From positions 91,232-155,231 of the forward strand of contig DASSDB010000002.1 in assembly GCA_035697325.1 (NCBI GenBank): a stretch of 64,000 nt of DNA, written 5' to 3'. The notes beneath the pieces are model-generated. The model did not search any database and had not been told where the DNA came from. It worked only from the letters and a program-made list of their open reading frames with translations. Origin of the DNA: Candidatus Saccharimonadales bacterium. GTDB lineage: Bacteria > Patescibacteriota > Saccharimonadia > Saccharimonadales > Saccharimonadaceae. Made by a program: the position numbers and the translations under genes. This document shows, one piece after another, positions 35,929 to 43,676 of this stretch (position 1 is the stretch's first letter; every line of letters starts with the position of its first letter).

Positions 35929-36036
35929 GGCTGACACACCATCTCTCGAACAATGGACTCCGCGCCAAGAATTTCACGAATCAGCGATGTAAATTCTTGG
36001 GCTCTCGTATGTTGTTCTCAAGAGATGCGTCAGCCT
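35929..36036. terminator. 108-nt nested inverted repeat between convergent valS and the 36037 ORF
   Basis: Outer arms AGGCTGAC...CATCTCTCGAACAA / TTGTTCTCAAGAGATG...GTCAGCCT. Inner arms GCCAAGAATTTCAC / GTAAATTCTTGGGC. Confidence 0.45.
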
Positions 36037-36363
36037 CTACACGAGCGGTAAATTATAATTATCAAAAGCATGATGACCTTTAGGCGCATACTTTTGAAGA
36101 AGATGCCTTCGATCTTCGCTACGAGGCTGGATACCTGGCGTTGACGTCTGATACGATCGCATCGCCTGCGAAAACGACGTTCGCTCCGCATGGGGGTGAG
36201 TATCGTTCGTTATTACTGGTTTACCCGAAAGATCATATTGCACAGTAGGAGCTGTCAAAAACGTCGCCGTTGCTTTATCGAGTTTCGTATCATGAATAAA
36301 AATACCCGATGCCGTGCCTATGCTAAGTAAGAAAGTAAAAATGCTAATAAGTGATGGTGTCAT
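36037..36363 (-). CDS. Hypothetical small membrane-anchored protein
   Basis: 108 aa with an N-terminal TM helix. Candidate promoter TTGACA-17-TAATTT (36418-36390 on the minus strand). No SD. Confidence 0.5.
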   Translation of the reverse strand: MTPSLISIFTFLLSIGTASGIFIHDTKLDKATATFLTAPTVQYDLSGKPVITNDTHPHAERTSFSQAMRSYQTSTPGIQPRSEDRRHLLQKYAPKGHHAFDNYNLPLV

Positions 36364-36653
36364 GTTTATTTTCGTAAGGTTACTTTATTAAATTAGCATA
36401 AGTTTTATATATTGTCAATTAGGTGTCTTCGATTACCTTATCCATTTACACTCTCCATACTGAAAAACGATCCCTTGGATATGGCTTCTACCAAGGAAGG
36501 GGTGAGGCATGTCCCAGCCGGAAATCTACGCCAAGCATATTCGAAGCGGATTCATCTTTTGGCATAACAACAAACACCACAGAGCCCGCCTAGACGCAAA
36601 GAAGTGCAGTCATCCCCAAGAGATCCCGCTAAAACTACTTTGGCGGGTTTTCT

Positions 36654-37112
36654 CTATTCATGGTGATACAGACCGCCGTGTGAGATTTCTTGCGCCCGAT
36701 AAAGCTGCTCTACAAGAAGCAGACGAACAAGTTGATGAGGGAAAACAAGAGGTGACAGTGACCACACGCTGTCCGCCCTCGCATGAACTGATGCATCAAC
36801 GCCATACGCGCCCCCTATAATGCACACGATTCGGCGAGAGGACTCCAAAGGCGCAAGAAGTAACCTGGAAAAGGCGACTGAATCAAGTAGTTTTCCTCGC
36901 TCATCTAATAGAATCACAAAATCATCGCCTTTAAGTGCTTCTAAGATCCTTGCCGATTCTTCACGGCGAGCTTCGTCTTTTTGGCGTGAGGAGTGGGGCA
37001 AGAGCAGCCACGAAGCCATGAAAGGTTTTCGCAACCGCGCCTCATATTTCTCAATACCATCTGCCACCCAGGCTTCGTGTTTTTTACCGATTGCAATGAT
37101 TTGAATGGGCAT
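36654..37112 (-). CDS. rlmH: 23S rRNA (pseudouridine1915-N3)-methyltransferase
   Basis: SPOUT-fold RlmH pattern: IQIIAIGKK...YEARL...IIGGAYGV. The start overlaps the HIT gene stop (TAATG). Confidence 0.9.
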   Translation of the reverse strand: MPIQIIAIGKKHEAWVADGIEKYEARLRKPFMASWLLLPHSSRQKDEARREESARILEALKGDDFVILLDERGKLLDSVAFSRLLLAPLESSRRIVCIIGGAYGVDASVHARADSVWSLSPLVFPHQLVRLLLVEQLYRAQEISHGGLYHHE

Positions 37113-37504
37113 TAGATTCGGAGCTTCTCGGCTACGGTCGCTAATGCAGTGTGATCGGGCTCCGCGTTCATATCTTGAGGTGCCTTAAACTCTTCTACAA
37201 TATTAAAGGGTATGAGCTGAACATGAGCATGCGGAACGTCGACGCCAATAATTTTTTCGCCTACATAGCGAACACCCAGCGTCTTGCGCAAATGAAGGGC
37301 AAGCTTTTTTGTCACATCCATCACCGCGCGGTAATCTTCATCTGTAAGATCCCATACAAACTCAACTTGCACTTTAGGAATTACCAGCACATGACCGGGC
37401 TGGACAGGGTGGATATCGAGAAAAGCAAGTACTCGCTCGTCTTCATAGATTTTATGAGCCGGAATCTCACCATTTATAATCCTAGTAAAAATAGACGCTT
37501 CCAT
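37112..37504 (-). CDS. HIT-family nucleotide hydrolase/transferase
   Basis: Histidine triad VPHAHVQLIP. N-terminal FTRIINGEIPAHKIYEDERVLAFLDI. Confidence 0.9.
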   Translation of the reverse strand: MEASIFTRIINGEIPAHKIYEDERVLAFLDIHPVQPGHVLVIPKVQVEFVWDLTDEDYRAVMDVTKKLALHLRKTLGVRYVGEKIIGVDVPHAHVQLIPFNIVEEFKAPQDMNAEPDHTALATVAEKLRI

Positions 37505-37545
37505 AGAGGTATTGTAGCATTTTTGCTACAATGACAGATAGGTAA

Positions 37546-37634
37546 GGAGAGGTGCAGGAGTGGTTGAACTGGCCGCTCTCGAAAAGCGGTGAATCGCTAA
37601 GGTTCCGAGGGTTCGAATCCCTCTCTCTCCGCCA
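37546..37634 (+). tRNA. tRNA-Ser (anticodon CGA)
   Basis: Hand fold: GGAGAGG acceptor, anticodon loop CU-CGA-AA, long variable arm, GGTTCGAATCC T-loop, encoded CCA. Confidence 0.9.
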
Positions 37635-37648
37635 AGAAAGGTATTATT

Positions 37649-38014
37649 ATGGCAACTAAAGAAACAAAGCAACAAATAGTGCAAGCCGAAGCTCAAGCAC
37701 CTCAGCCGAGTGACAACTCACTTTCAATTATCTCTGTCGTTCTCGGAACGGTATCACTTATAGGACCGGGGCTCCTTTTAGGTATCCCGGCAATTATCGT
37801 TGGTGCGATAGCGCTCAAAAAACAGCAAGGCGAAAAAGGTGTTAGCATCACCGGTATCGTTACTGGTGCGATCAGTACAGTTTTCTCCGTTATTATTCTC
37901 GCTCTTGTCATTTGGGGATTTGTATGGGGAATGAATCACCCAGAAGAAATGCGTGACAAGCGCCGCATACCGACTCAAGAACAACGAGAACGATTCGATT
38001 TGCAGCGATCATAG
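37649..38014 (+). CDS. Small membrane protein (DUF4190-like)
   Basis: Two Gly-rich TM helices (LSIISVVLGTVSLIGPGLLLGIPAIIVGAIALKK; GIVTGAISTVFSVIILALVIWGF). Confidence 0.6.
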   Translation: MATKETKQQIVQAEAQAPQPSDNSLSIISVVLGTVSLIGPGLLLGIPAIIVGAIALKKQQGEKGVSITGIVTGAISTVFSVIILALVIWGFVWGMNHPEEMRDKRRIPTQEQRERFDLQRS

Positions 38015-38119
38015 AAACCCGACAGGATATCGCTTCGCTCCTTCGTTCATTTACGAAAAATGTAAACACTTTTTCGTTTCACTCACTACGCCGAACCTTA
38101 CGGTTCTTGCAGAATACTA

Positions 38120-38161
38120 CCAAGAAAATAACCTCACATAAAAGTGAGGTTATTTTCTTGG
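38120..38161. terminator. 18-bp perfect hairpin abutting the tRNA-Arg 3' end
   Basis: CCAAGAAAATAACCTCAC-ATAAAA-GTGAGGTTATTTTCTTGG. The last TGG is the complement of the tRNA CCA. Confidence 0.7.
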
Positions 38162-38235
38162 TACACCCGACAGGATTCGAACCTATGGCCTTCGGCTCCG
38201 CAAGCCGACGCTCTATCCAGCTGAGCTACGGGTGC
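38159..38235 (-). tRNA. tRNA-Arg (anticodon GCG by hand fold)
   Basis: GCACCCGTAGCTCAGCTGGATAGAGCGTCGGCTTGCGGAGCCGAAGGCCATAGGTTCGAATCCTGTCGGGTGTACCA. Anticodon stem TCGGC/GCCGA, loop UU-GCG-GA. Confidence 0.85.
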
Positions 38236-38365
38236 AAATACGGCGCTGAGCTAAAAGTCCAGCGCCGCGTTTCGTGTAACTAGAAGGTACTTTCAGCTAC
38301 CAATTTGCAGCGAACATGGGTTATTGTACCACGTATATGTATGTTGCGGCAAGAGATGACGTGCG

Positions 38366-38995
38366 TTAGATTCGCAGTTTTCGAATGACCTTATCAACAA
38401 AATCAAGATGAAGTGTCAACATGGGGAGCCTAGCACCGAGGCTATCAACGATGGCTTCGCCCGCATCTTCAGGGAAGTACACCACAATTCCTGGGCGAAA
38501 ACGTTTCACAGGAATAAGCATAACTGAATACTCTTCGCCGTCCCGGATAACCCCGAATCCTTTGAATTCGGAAAAAGAATAGAGATGATCATTCACGTGG
38601 AGGCCTTGCTTACCAAGAGAGTAGTCGATTACACGCGGTGGTCTATGGATGTAAACCAGGAGGGCCGCCGCCATGACAGGTACAAGGATCGCAAAAGAAA
38701 GCGAATCCATTAAAAAGATAGCCGCCGCCACAAGTATGGCGATCACAACACCAAAAATAACGAACCAAAGAACGTTCTTCTCTCGATGGATATACTCTTT
38801 TGCCTGCCAATGCACCGGCTCACTTAATGCGTTTTTAGATGGAGGCACTTCCGGTTGTTGGTTTGGGGCTGGTTGCTCAGGACTGAGGGATACAACAGGG
38901 GCCGGTTTTTGCGTATCTGAATCAGCAGCATACGGTGCTTGCGACGGCTGCGTTGGAGGCTCTTGCCATGTATCATCTTCGTGATTTGGCTGCAT
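38366..38995 (-). CDS. Hypothetical membrane protein (Pro/Gln-rich N-terminus, two TM helices, C-terminal globular domain)
   Basis: 209 aa. Topology inferred from hydrophobic stretches WFVIFGVVIAILVAAAIFL and FAILVPVMAAALLVYI. Confidence 0.6.
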   Translation of the reverse strand: MQPNHEDDTWQEPPTQPSQAPYAADSDTQKPAPVVSLSPEQPAPNQQPEVPPSKNALSEPVHWQAKEYIHREKNVLWFVIFGVVIAILVAAAIFLMDSLSFAILVPVMAAALLVYIHRPPRVIDYSLGKQGLHVNDHLYSFSEFKGFGVIRDGEEYSVMLIPVKRFRPGIVVYFPEDAGEAIVDSLGARLPMLTLHLDFVDKVIRKLRI

Positions 38996-39039
38996 ATTTT
39001 CAGTATAACATGAGTGGAATAAGAGAAAAGTGACAAATA

Positions 39040-39507
39040 TTACCCGTGGGTAACTCCCATACGCGCAGCAACACTCTCGGGGCCGTTAAAGAGTGAATTG
39101 CCACGGCTGACAGCATCTTGGATTATGCCAAACATCGTCGTTCTATCTTCGCAAATCTTCTCGACAAGTGCGCGGGGCGCTTCTGAAAGGGGATCGGTCT
39201 CCGAGCTCCACCGGGACATTTCAAGCAACATAGGAATAAGCTCTAAGCCTTTTTCAGTCAACACGTACAAGTCTTTGCGCTTATCGTCTTCGCAGCGCTT
39301 TTTTTCAATGATGCCACGCTGCTCCAGATGAGCCAACCGTGAAGCAAGAATATTAGTAGAAATACCTTCTCTCGAAGCCAAAAATTCCCCATAGGTGTGC
39401 TTGCCCCAAAACACAATGTCCCGCACAATAAGAAGTGACCATGGATCGCCAAACGATTCGAGTGCAAAATTGACCGGACAATGTGATTTTATATCTGTTC
39501 GCTTCAT
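39040..39507 (-). CDS. HxlR-family winged-helix transcriptional regulator
   Basis: CPVNFALESFGDPWSLLIVRDIVFWGKHTYGEFLASREGISTNILASRLAHLEQRGIIEKK. Confidence 0.9.
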   Translation of the reverse strand: MKRTDIKSHCPVNFALESFGDPWSLLIVRDIVFWGKHTYGEFLASREGISTNILASRLAHLEQRGIIEKKRCEDDKRKDLYVLTEKGLELIPMLLEMSRWSSETDPLSEAPRALVEKICEDRTTMFGIIQDAVSRGNSLFNGPESVAARMGVTHG

Positions 39508-39680
39508 ACGAACAATGTATCACACTTGCATAATAAAAGTAAATACGATGTCTCAAAAAACTGAGGAAGATTGCAGCGGAAGTTATACTGCGGATGAAAG
39601 CAAGATATACTTCTTACTATTAGCCCTGAGATAAGATGACCCAAACAAAAACACCATGTTTATCACATGGTGCCTATGCT

Positions 39681-39773
39681 TGGCGGAGGAGAGGAGATTC
39701 GAACTCCTGCTACAGGTCTCCCCGTACTAACGATTTAGCAAACCGTCCCCTTCAGCCACTTGGGTACTCCTCC
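39681..39773 (-). tRNA. tRNA-Ser (anticodon GCT)
   Basis: Hand fold: GGAGGAG acceptor, loop UU-GCU-AA, long variable arm, encoded CCA. A terminator hairpin CACCATGT...ACATGGTG lies 3' of it. Confidence 0.88.
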
Positions 39774-39820
39774 GTAGATTTACGGCTTGGTTTATTGTAA
39801 CACAAAACAGAGGCGAGAGG

Positions 39821-39848
39821 TAGACTTTACCTCATTTTTTGCTATAAT
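39821..39848 (+). promoter_or_regulatory. Candidate promoter of pilin paralog P1 (leaderless)
   Basis: TAGACT-16 nt-TATAAT (39843-48). The ATG at 39856 is 7 nt after the -10 and has no SD. Confidence 0.4.
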
Positions 39849-39855
39849 TAAGACT

Positions 39856-40284
39856 ATGTGGTCTAAGCGCATAAAAACAATTCGCTTTTTGTTTTTGCTT
39901 GGCAGTCTCTTCCTTGCTATTGCTCTTTTGGCGGCTATTCCTAGCACTACTTTTGCTACTGGTTTTGACATGGGCATGCTTGATGGTGCTAACTCCGCCA
40001 GGGGCATCGACCAAGCCACGACACTGTTTGGCTCTACGGGTATTTTTACGACCATTAGCAATGTCATGCTATTTCTCGTAGGCGCCATTAGTGTGATCAT
40101 GGTTGTCATTGGTGGTATGCGCTATGTTATTTCCGGAGGAAATACAGCGAACGTCGGTGCAGCTAAAAACACCATTCTTTATGCTATTGTAGGGCTCGTG
40201 ATCTCTATTCTTGCCTATGCAGTTATTAATTTTGTTATCGGTAGTTTTGTTCCTGGTGGAGAAGTGAGCGGGACAAACGTATAG
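39856..40284 (+). CDS. VirB2/TrbC-like T4SS pilin-type protein, paralog P1
   Basis: Signal peptide (cleavage near TFA-TG), then two TM helices with the family motif AISVIMVVIGGMRYVISGGNTANVGAAKNTILYAIVGLVISILAYAVINFV. The internal ATG is preferred over the track start at 39787. Confidence 0.8.
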   Translation: MWSKRIKTIRFLFLLGSLFLAIALLAAIPSTTFATGFDMGMLDGANSARGIDQATTLFGSTGIFTTISNVMLFLVGAISVIMVVIGGMRYVISGGNTANVGAAKNTILYAIVGLVISILAYAVINFVIGSFVPGGEVSGTNV

Positions 40285-40301
40285 GGAAGTAGCGAGAAAC
40301 T

Positions 40302-40332
40302 TGTATCGGATCCACGATACATTTGTTTTTTT
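40302..40332 (+). terminator. Intrinsic terminator after P1
   Basis: TGTATCG-GATCCA-CGATACA followed by TTTGTTTTTTT. Confidence 0.75.
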
Positions 40333-40384
40333 ATAGTATTATGTTATTATATATACTGACCTAACCTACGTCACGGGAGACGGT

Positions 40385-40801
40385 ATGTCTTTGGATCTGA
40401 GAGTAGCCCCGTTCGAGTCCAACCCTCTCATGCAGTGGGCGCTCAAAACGGTAAAGGCGGCCATTCCGAGAGGATATGAAGCCGTATCACTCGTGGCCTA
40501 TCAAGATGATTTGCCGCGAGTCGACGCCACTGCTTATGCCCTCGACAGGGAGGGCAATGAAGTGGGTCGTTGCGCCCTCGTCCTTGAGGGCGAGGTATGG
40601 CAAGCTGCTTTCTTGCTGCTTTCCACTCAACTCATCATCGACAGGGTACTCAGGGATCGGTACGAGGACAGAAAGGTGGAGTACGAGGCTTACCAGGCTG
40701 AAGTGAGGCTCGCAAATGAGCCCTGGCAGGCAGCGAACGTCGACGTCAACTACATGCCAGATCGGGACCGGATAGGTATCGACTTGGTAATCTCGAGATA
40801 G
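40385..40801 (+). CDS. Hypothetical protein, 138 aa, GC-rich cassette
   Basis: ATG 4 nt after GGGAGACGG, own terminator. No family recognised. Line 40561-40620 is 36/60 GC. Confidence 0.55.
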   Translation: MSLDLRVAPFESNPLMQWALKTVKAAIPRGYEAVSLVAYQDDLPRVDATAYALDREGNEVGRCALVLEGEVWQAAFLLLSTQLIIDRVLRDRYEDRKVEYEAYQAEVRLANEPWQAANVDVNYMPDRDRIGIDLVISR

Positions 40802-40821
40802 CCCGAGAGTAGTACGGTCAC

Positions 40822-40868
40822 CCCTCGACGAAATGAACTGCTCTTTTAGTTCTTTCGTCGAGGGTTTC
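40822..40868 (+). terminator. Terminator of the 40385 cassette
   Basis: CCCTCGACGAAA / TTTCGTCGAGGG stem followed by TTTCAC. Confidence 0.6.
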
Positions 40869-40887
40869 ACCATATTTAGATGATGCA

Positions 40888-40930
40888 CCAAGAAAATAAG
40901 ATGATCCAAAAGATCATCTTATTTTCTTGG
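40888..40930. terminator. 19-bp perfect hairpin abutting the tRNA-Ser(TGA) 3' end
   Basis: CCAAGAAAATAAGATGATC-CAAAA-GATCATCTTATTTTCTTGG. It shares the outer 12 nt with the hairpin at 38120. Confidence 0.7.
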
Positions 40931-41017
40931 CGGAGAGAGTGGGATTCGAACCCACGGTGCCGTTGCCGGCACGACGGTTTTCAAGACCGTTACCTTCAAC
41001 CACTCGGTCATCTCTCC
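40928..41017 (-). tRNA. tRNA-Ser (anticodon TGA)
   Basis: Hand fold: GGAGAGA acceptor, loop CU-UGA-AA, long variable arm, encoded CCA. Confidence 0.9.
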
Positions 41018-41052
41018 AGGTTGCTTGGCCCATAATAACAGATACGGCCTTT

Positions 41053-41763
41053 TTAGTCGAGAGGCTGGCGAGCGATCGCTGCCACCCACACGTCAGTCGC
41101 GCCTGCTTCCCGAAGTAAACGAGCGGCTGCTTTTATTGTCGCACCCGTCGTTACAATGTCGTCAACGATCAAAATCGTTTTATTTTCACAGCTGCCCCGC
41201 GCCGCAAAAGCAAGTGCGGCCTGTTCTGATCGCTTTCGCTTTGTTTTTCCTGTTTGCACCGAGTGTGTTCGTCGTTCTAAAAGTCGCTCAGGTTTTCGAT
41301 TGTTCAGCTTGGCAAGCTGCCGGGCAATTAAGTATGTATGGTCATAGCCACGCTGGCGAATATGCGCAGGATTGCTAGGGATAGGGACAACGCTACATGC
41401 TTCGGGTAAAATACCAATCCTCTGGAACAGTAGGTCCGCAAGCACCCGGGAGGCCGCTCGTTTCCTTTGGAACTTGTAATCATTGGTGAGAAGAAGGAGC
41501 TCATCGGCACGCTCGCCGACATACCAGGCCCTCGAAAAGGGAGGTTGACACTCTTTGCAAACACCTTCACTAGAGCACACGCATCCGCATAGTATACAGG
41601 TGCTAAAATCCTCACTTATGATGTTATATTTACAATTATCGCATAAAAGCGCACCCGTTTTTCCGCAAGAATAACAGAGGTGTGGAGCGAGTGTGGAGAG
41701 AAGCATATCAATCATTGTGTTTTTTACGTTTTGCACATTCGTTTTATTGATTATACCGTACAT
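41053..41763 (-). CDS. comFC: ComF family protein (ComFC-type phosphoribosyltransferase with N-terminal zinc finger)
   Basis: CYSCGKTGALLCDNCKYN and CILCG...CKEC Cys clusters. PRTase motif ILIVDDIVTTGATI. Confidence 0.85.
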   Translation of the reverse strand: MYGIINKTNVQNVKNTMIDMLLSTLAPHLCYSCGKTGALLCDNCKYNIISEDFSTCILCGCVCSSEGVCKECQPPFSRAWYVGERADELLLLTNDYKFQRKRAASRVLADLLFQRIGILPEACSVVPIPSNPAHIRQRGYDHTYLIARQLAKLNNRKPERLLERRTHSVQTGKTKRKRSEQAALAFAARGSCENKTILIVDDIVTTGATIKAAARLLREAGATDVWVAAIARQPLD

Positions 41764-41823
41764 GTTAGTTATAATTGAAGGGACTATTTGTCAATAGAGC
41801 CTAGAGAAAAAGTGGAGGATATC

Positions 41824-42297
41824 ATGGCACGCAAACAAAATGACGATCTGTTGATCGAAGATGAACTGGCCGCCGCGTTCCTAAATGACGACGAGCTCAG
41901 CGAGCAGCAACAAGCGGCCGCTCCAGCAGCAGTAAACGATAACGCGGCATGGGAAGAGTCAGAAGAAGACTTCCCAGGACAACTTGCCGTTGATGTATAT
42001 GAAACCGACGAGAAACTCATTGTTAAAGCCCGCACCGCAGGTGTTAACAAAGAAGATCTCGACGTCAGTATCAGCGACGGAATTCTTACAATTAGCGGTA
42101 CGCTCTCAAGCGGAGACGACACTGAAGCGACCAACTGGCATATCCAGGAATGTTACTGGGGTGAATTTAGCCGTACGCTTGCGCTTCCAGTTCCTGTAAA
42201 GGAAGACGAGGTTGAAGCAGTTCTTAAAGATGGTGTACTTACCATCAGCTTCACCAAAGTCAAACAAGAACAAGCCAAAAAGATTACTATCCAGTAG
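41824..42297 (+). CDS. Hsp20/alpha-crystallin small heat-shock protein
   Basis: ACD pattern LAVDVYETDEKLIVKARTAGVNKEDLDVSISDGILTISG...FSRTLALPVPVKEDEVEAVLKDGVLTISF. The ATG at 41824 follows GGAGGA. Confidence 0.9.
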   Translation: MARKQNDDLLIEDELAAAFLNDDELSEQQQAAAPAAVNDNAAWEESEEDFPGQLAVDVYETDEKLIVKARTAGVNKEDLDVSISDGILTISGTLSSGDDTEATNWHIQECYWGEFSRTLALPVPVKEDEVEAVLKDGVLTISFTKVKQEQAKKITIQ

Positions 42298-42376
42298 TAA
42301 GAAAAAGTTTTCCCTATGTAAAAGCACCCCAATTGCGAGGAGAGGGGTGTTTTTATTTTATCGCCTCCCAGCACCT

Positions 42377-42413
42377 AATAAAATAGCCACTCTTTGTAAG
42401 TGGCTATTTTATT
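42377..42413. terminator. Bidirectional terminator between hsp20 and the pilin array
   Basis: AATAAAATAGCCACT-CTTTGTA-AGTGGCTATTTTATT. Confidence 0.7.
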
Positions 42414-42427
42414 AATTTAGCTAGAAC

Positions 42428-42847
42428 CTAGGCGCCTGAACCGCTAGCCGAGAAGCTTGATACGACGAAATTGACCAACGCGTAAGCAAGAATTGATACG
42501 ACAATACCGATAACAGCGTAGAGAATCGTGTTCTTCGCGCTTGTTACCGCCGCCGAGTCACCATTTGACACGGTGTAGCGGATACCACCGATGATCAGCA
42601 TGATGACTGAAATCGCACCAATGATAAAGAGGAGCACGTTAGTAATGGTCTTAAAAATACCCTGGTCGCCGAATAGCTCGGCCTGCTGATCTTTACCTTT
42701 AGATGAATCTGCGCCATCCTGAAGACCTTTGTCGAATGCCGCATTTGCAGGGGTAGCCTGAAATACTGGGGCAACAAAGCTCACACCAAGCGCAAGTGCT
42801 GGTACGATCAATAAGCTTTGCAAACCTTTTTTGATTATACGTTTCAT
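42428..42847 (-). CDS. VirB2/TrbC-like pilin-type protein, paralog P2
   Basis: Signal peptide (ANA-AF) plus AISVIMLIIGGIRYTVSNGDSAAVTSAKNTILYAVIGIVVSILAYALVNFV. Confidence 0.8.
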   Translation of the reverse strand: MKRIIKKGLQSLLIVPALALGVSFVAPVFQATPANAAFDKGLQDGADSSKGKDQQAELFGDQGIFKTITNVLLFIIGAISVIMLIIGGIRYTVSNGDSAAVTSAKNTILYAVIGIVVSILAYALVNFVVSSFSASGSGA

Positions 42848-42920
42848 TGTTTATTCCTTTCTTAGGATTACTCTACCTTATGTTATATCAAACAGCCGTC
42901 GTTTTGTTAAGGCTTTAACC

Positions 42921-43283
42921 CTACTTAAATGATGTGACGACAAAGTTAACGATGGCATATGCCAAAATAGCAACGATCAGACCAATGACGGAATAAAGAA
43001 TGGTATCTTTGGCACCTTTAACTGCGCTTGTATCACCGTTTGAAGTCGCATAACGAATACCACCGATGACGATCATTATAACTGCGATTGCTCCGAGGAT
43101 GAAGAGAAGGATATTAACAACAGTCTTAAGGTTATCTTCTAGAGAAGTGCCGCCGTTACCACCCACGGCATTAACGCCACCCTGGATTTCGGATGCCGGG
43201 TCCGCATAGGTAAGCGATGGCATTAATACGATCGCACTGAGTGCCATAAATACCGTTACTATCGCGAGTTTGATTTTTTTCAT
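42921..43283 (-). CDS. VirB2/TrbC-like pilin-type protein, paralog P3
   Basis: Signal peptide (TYA-DP) plus AIAVIMIVIGGIRYATSNGDTSAVKGAKDTILYSVIGLIVAILAYAIVNFV. Confidence 0.8.
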   Translation of the reverse strand: MKKIKLAIVTVFMALSAIVLMPSLTYADPASEIQGGVNAVGGNGGTSLEDNLKTVVNILLFILGAIAVIMIVIGGIRYATSNGDTSAVKGAKDTILYSVIGLIVAILAYAIVNFVVTSFK

Positions 43284-43295
43284 AGTACCTCCTTT

Positions 43296-43676
43296 TTAAG
43301 CTCCGATAAATCTTCCTAATACGAAGTTGACAATAGCATACGACATAATTGCAATTACCAATCCGATAACCGAATAAAGAATCGTATCCTTTGCTTCCTT
43401 AACCTGGCTAGCATTTCCATTCGAAAGCGTGTAACGGATACCGCCCACGATAATCATAATCACCGCAATGATACCAACCACGAACAAAAGAATATTAATA
43501 ACAATGGTGATCATGTTCGTGGCGTTGTCGCCCTGAGCCTTACATACGGCAGCATCCGCATTTGAGGCACATTGGTCAAATACGTTTACCGCAGACGCCG
43601 AAGGGGTAAAAATAAATAATCCTCCGAGCCCTAGCGCCACCACGAATGCGCTTATAAGTTGTTTCCACTTTTTCAT
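43296..43676 (-). CDS. VirB2/TrbC-like pilin-type protein, paralog P4
   Basis: Signal peptide (ASA-VN), Cys pair in the mature N-terminus, IIAVIMIIVGGIRYTLSNGNASQVKEAKDTILYSVIGLVIAIMSYAIVNFV. Confidence 0.8.
   Translation of the reverse strand: MKKWKQLISAFVVALGLGGLFIFTPSASAVNVFDQCASNADAAVCKAQGDNATNMITIVINILLFVVGIIAVIMIIVGGIRYTLSNGNASQVKEAKDTILYSVIGLVIAIMSYAIVNFVLGRFIGA

Noticed and set aside
36509-36820. 103-aa plus-strand ORF upstream of and antisense to rlmH
   Set aside because: It reads through a terminator-like hairpin and overlaps 167 nt of rlmH on the opposite strand. The product is His/Arg-rich.
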